Of a stretch of 64,000 bases of DNA, positions 63,384-64,000 are shown one piece after another (within the stretch, counting starts at the first letter, position 1; every line of letters begins with the position of its first letter). Below the pieces are notes generated by a model. That model made no database searches. It saw nothing but the letters and a program-made list of their open reading frames with translations, and had not been told where the DNA came from. Position numbers and translations under genes: made by a program. This DNA comes from Eukaryota sp. GEM-RC1 (Eukaryota): the NCBI GenBank assembly GCA_040285855.1, contig JAUFOQ010000002.1, forward strand, positions 3,286,001-3,350,000, in the 5' to 3' direction.

Positions 63384-64000
63384 GCATTGAACAATCACAT
63401 CTTCATCTTGGTGGTATTGGTTTCACTTCGTCTAAATGGTGGACCAAATCTACTTTCATTGGTGGTGGTAAGAATTTTGTCTTTGAGTTCTGTAGACGTT
63501 ACCCAAGTCAAGAAAATCTTCTTGTTTCGACAAGTAGTGTTTTCTTGGTAAATTTGAGATCCTAATTATCGCTAATTTCACCTGGCCTCTGGCAAACTTG
63601 TTTTCCAGCAGATATTTGTGAAATACCGGAACGATGTGTCACTTCTTTAATTTTTGGTCCTAAGAAACTCCAAAAACACCTTCTAAAACATTTTGAATGT
63701 CTGGATTTTCAAATTCGACTTGGCTCGGTTTTGGTTGAATCGTATTATTTTTACAATATTTAAAACAATTCCTATCATGATTTCAAAAGCTCTATTAGCT
63801 CTGAGTGTTTTTTATGAAGAAAAAGCTGATGTGAGTTTTAATGGCAATGATTGTTACTTTAATGATATTGAGTTAAAATCATAAAAAATATATAGGAAAA
63901 AAAACTTGGCTCGGCCAAAGAAAAAAATCCAGCGTTCGCAAATTGTTTAATCGATTTGAAGGACAGTTCTTCAGTTGCTTTGATCAACCAAATTCCACAG

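Larger units (their letters stand above)
10310..64000. repeat. Hierarchical tandem array (macrosatellite) built from RLE retrotransposon fragments
   Basis: The marker GGGGTTTATGATCA recurs at about 10315, 15085, 22300, 26250, 29420, 32590, 35750, 39290, 43420 (inverted), 50115, 56540, 59310 and 61885. The period is ~3.17 kb between monomer ORFs 27897, 31067, 34228 and 37393. The array runs off the right edge. Confidence 0.95.

Noticed and set aside
10310..64000. The whole array as an assembly artefact
   Set aside because: Units carry consistent diagnostic SNPs, filled/empty TSD sites and unit-specific insertions that errors would not create. Exact copy numbers still need read confirmation.

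Overview
An AT-rich eukaryotic window made almost entirely of transposon-derived DNA. The only host gene is the 3' part of a PQ-loop/MPDU1-like membrane protein (1-459). From 0.5 to 10.3 kb lie single-copy relics: a pogo-like element with TA TSDs, a hAT element inside a gag-like relic, and fragments of non-LTR retrotransposons of the restriction-like-endonuclease (RLE) type. From about 10.3 kb to the window end is a hierarchical tandem array. Its ~2.5-3.2 kb macro-unit is a nest of 5'-truncated 3' ends of at least four RLE retrotransposon lineages (my labels A-D), inserted into one another in both orientations, several with clear TSDs. Each macro-unit carries 0-8 copies of a 471-bp (157-codon) monomer cut from the lineage-B endonuclease domain. 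The monomer lacks the zinc knuckle, has a catalytic Asp changed to Val, and alternates as an A/B dimer. Five different hAT families have inserted in the window, one with an intact 553-aa transposase and one nested pair copied in a 6.4-kb tandem duplication. Many frameshifts sit in homopolymers and are probably long-read errors. The function of the array (centromere-like satellite, small-RNA source or neutral) cannot be determined from sequence alone.
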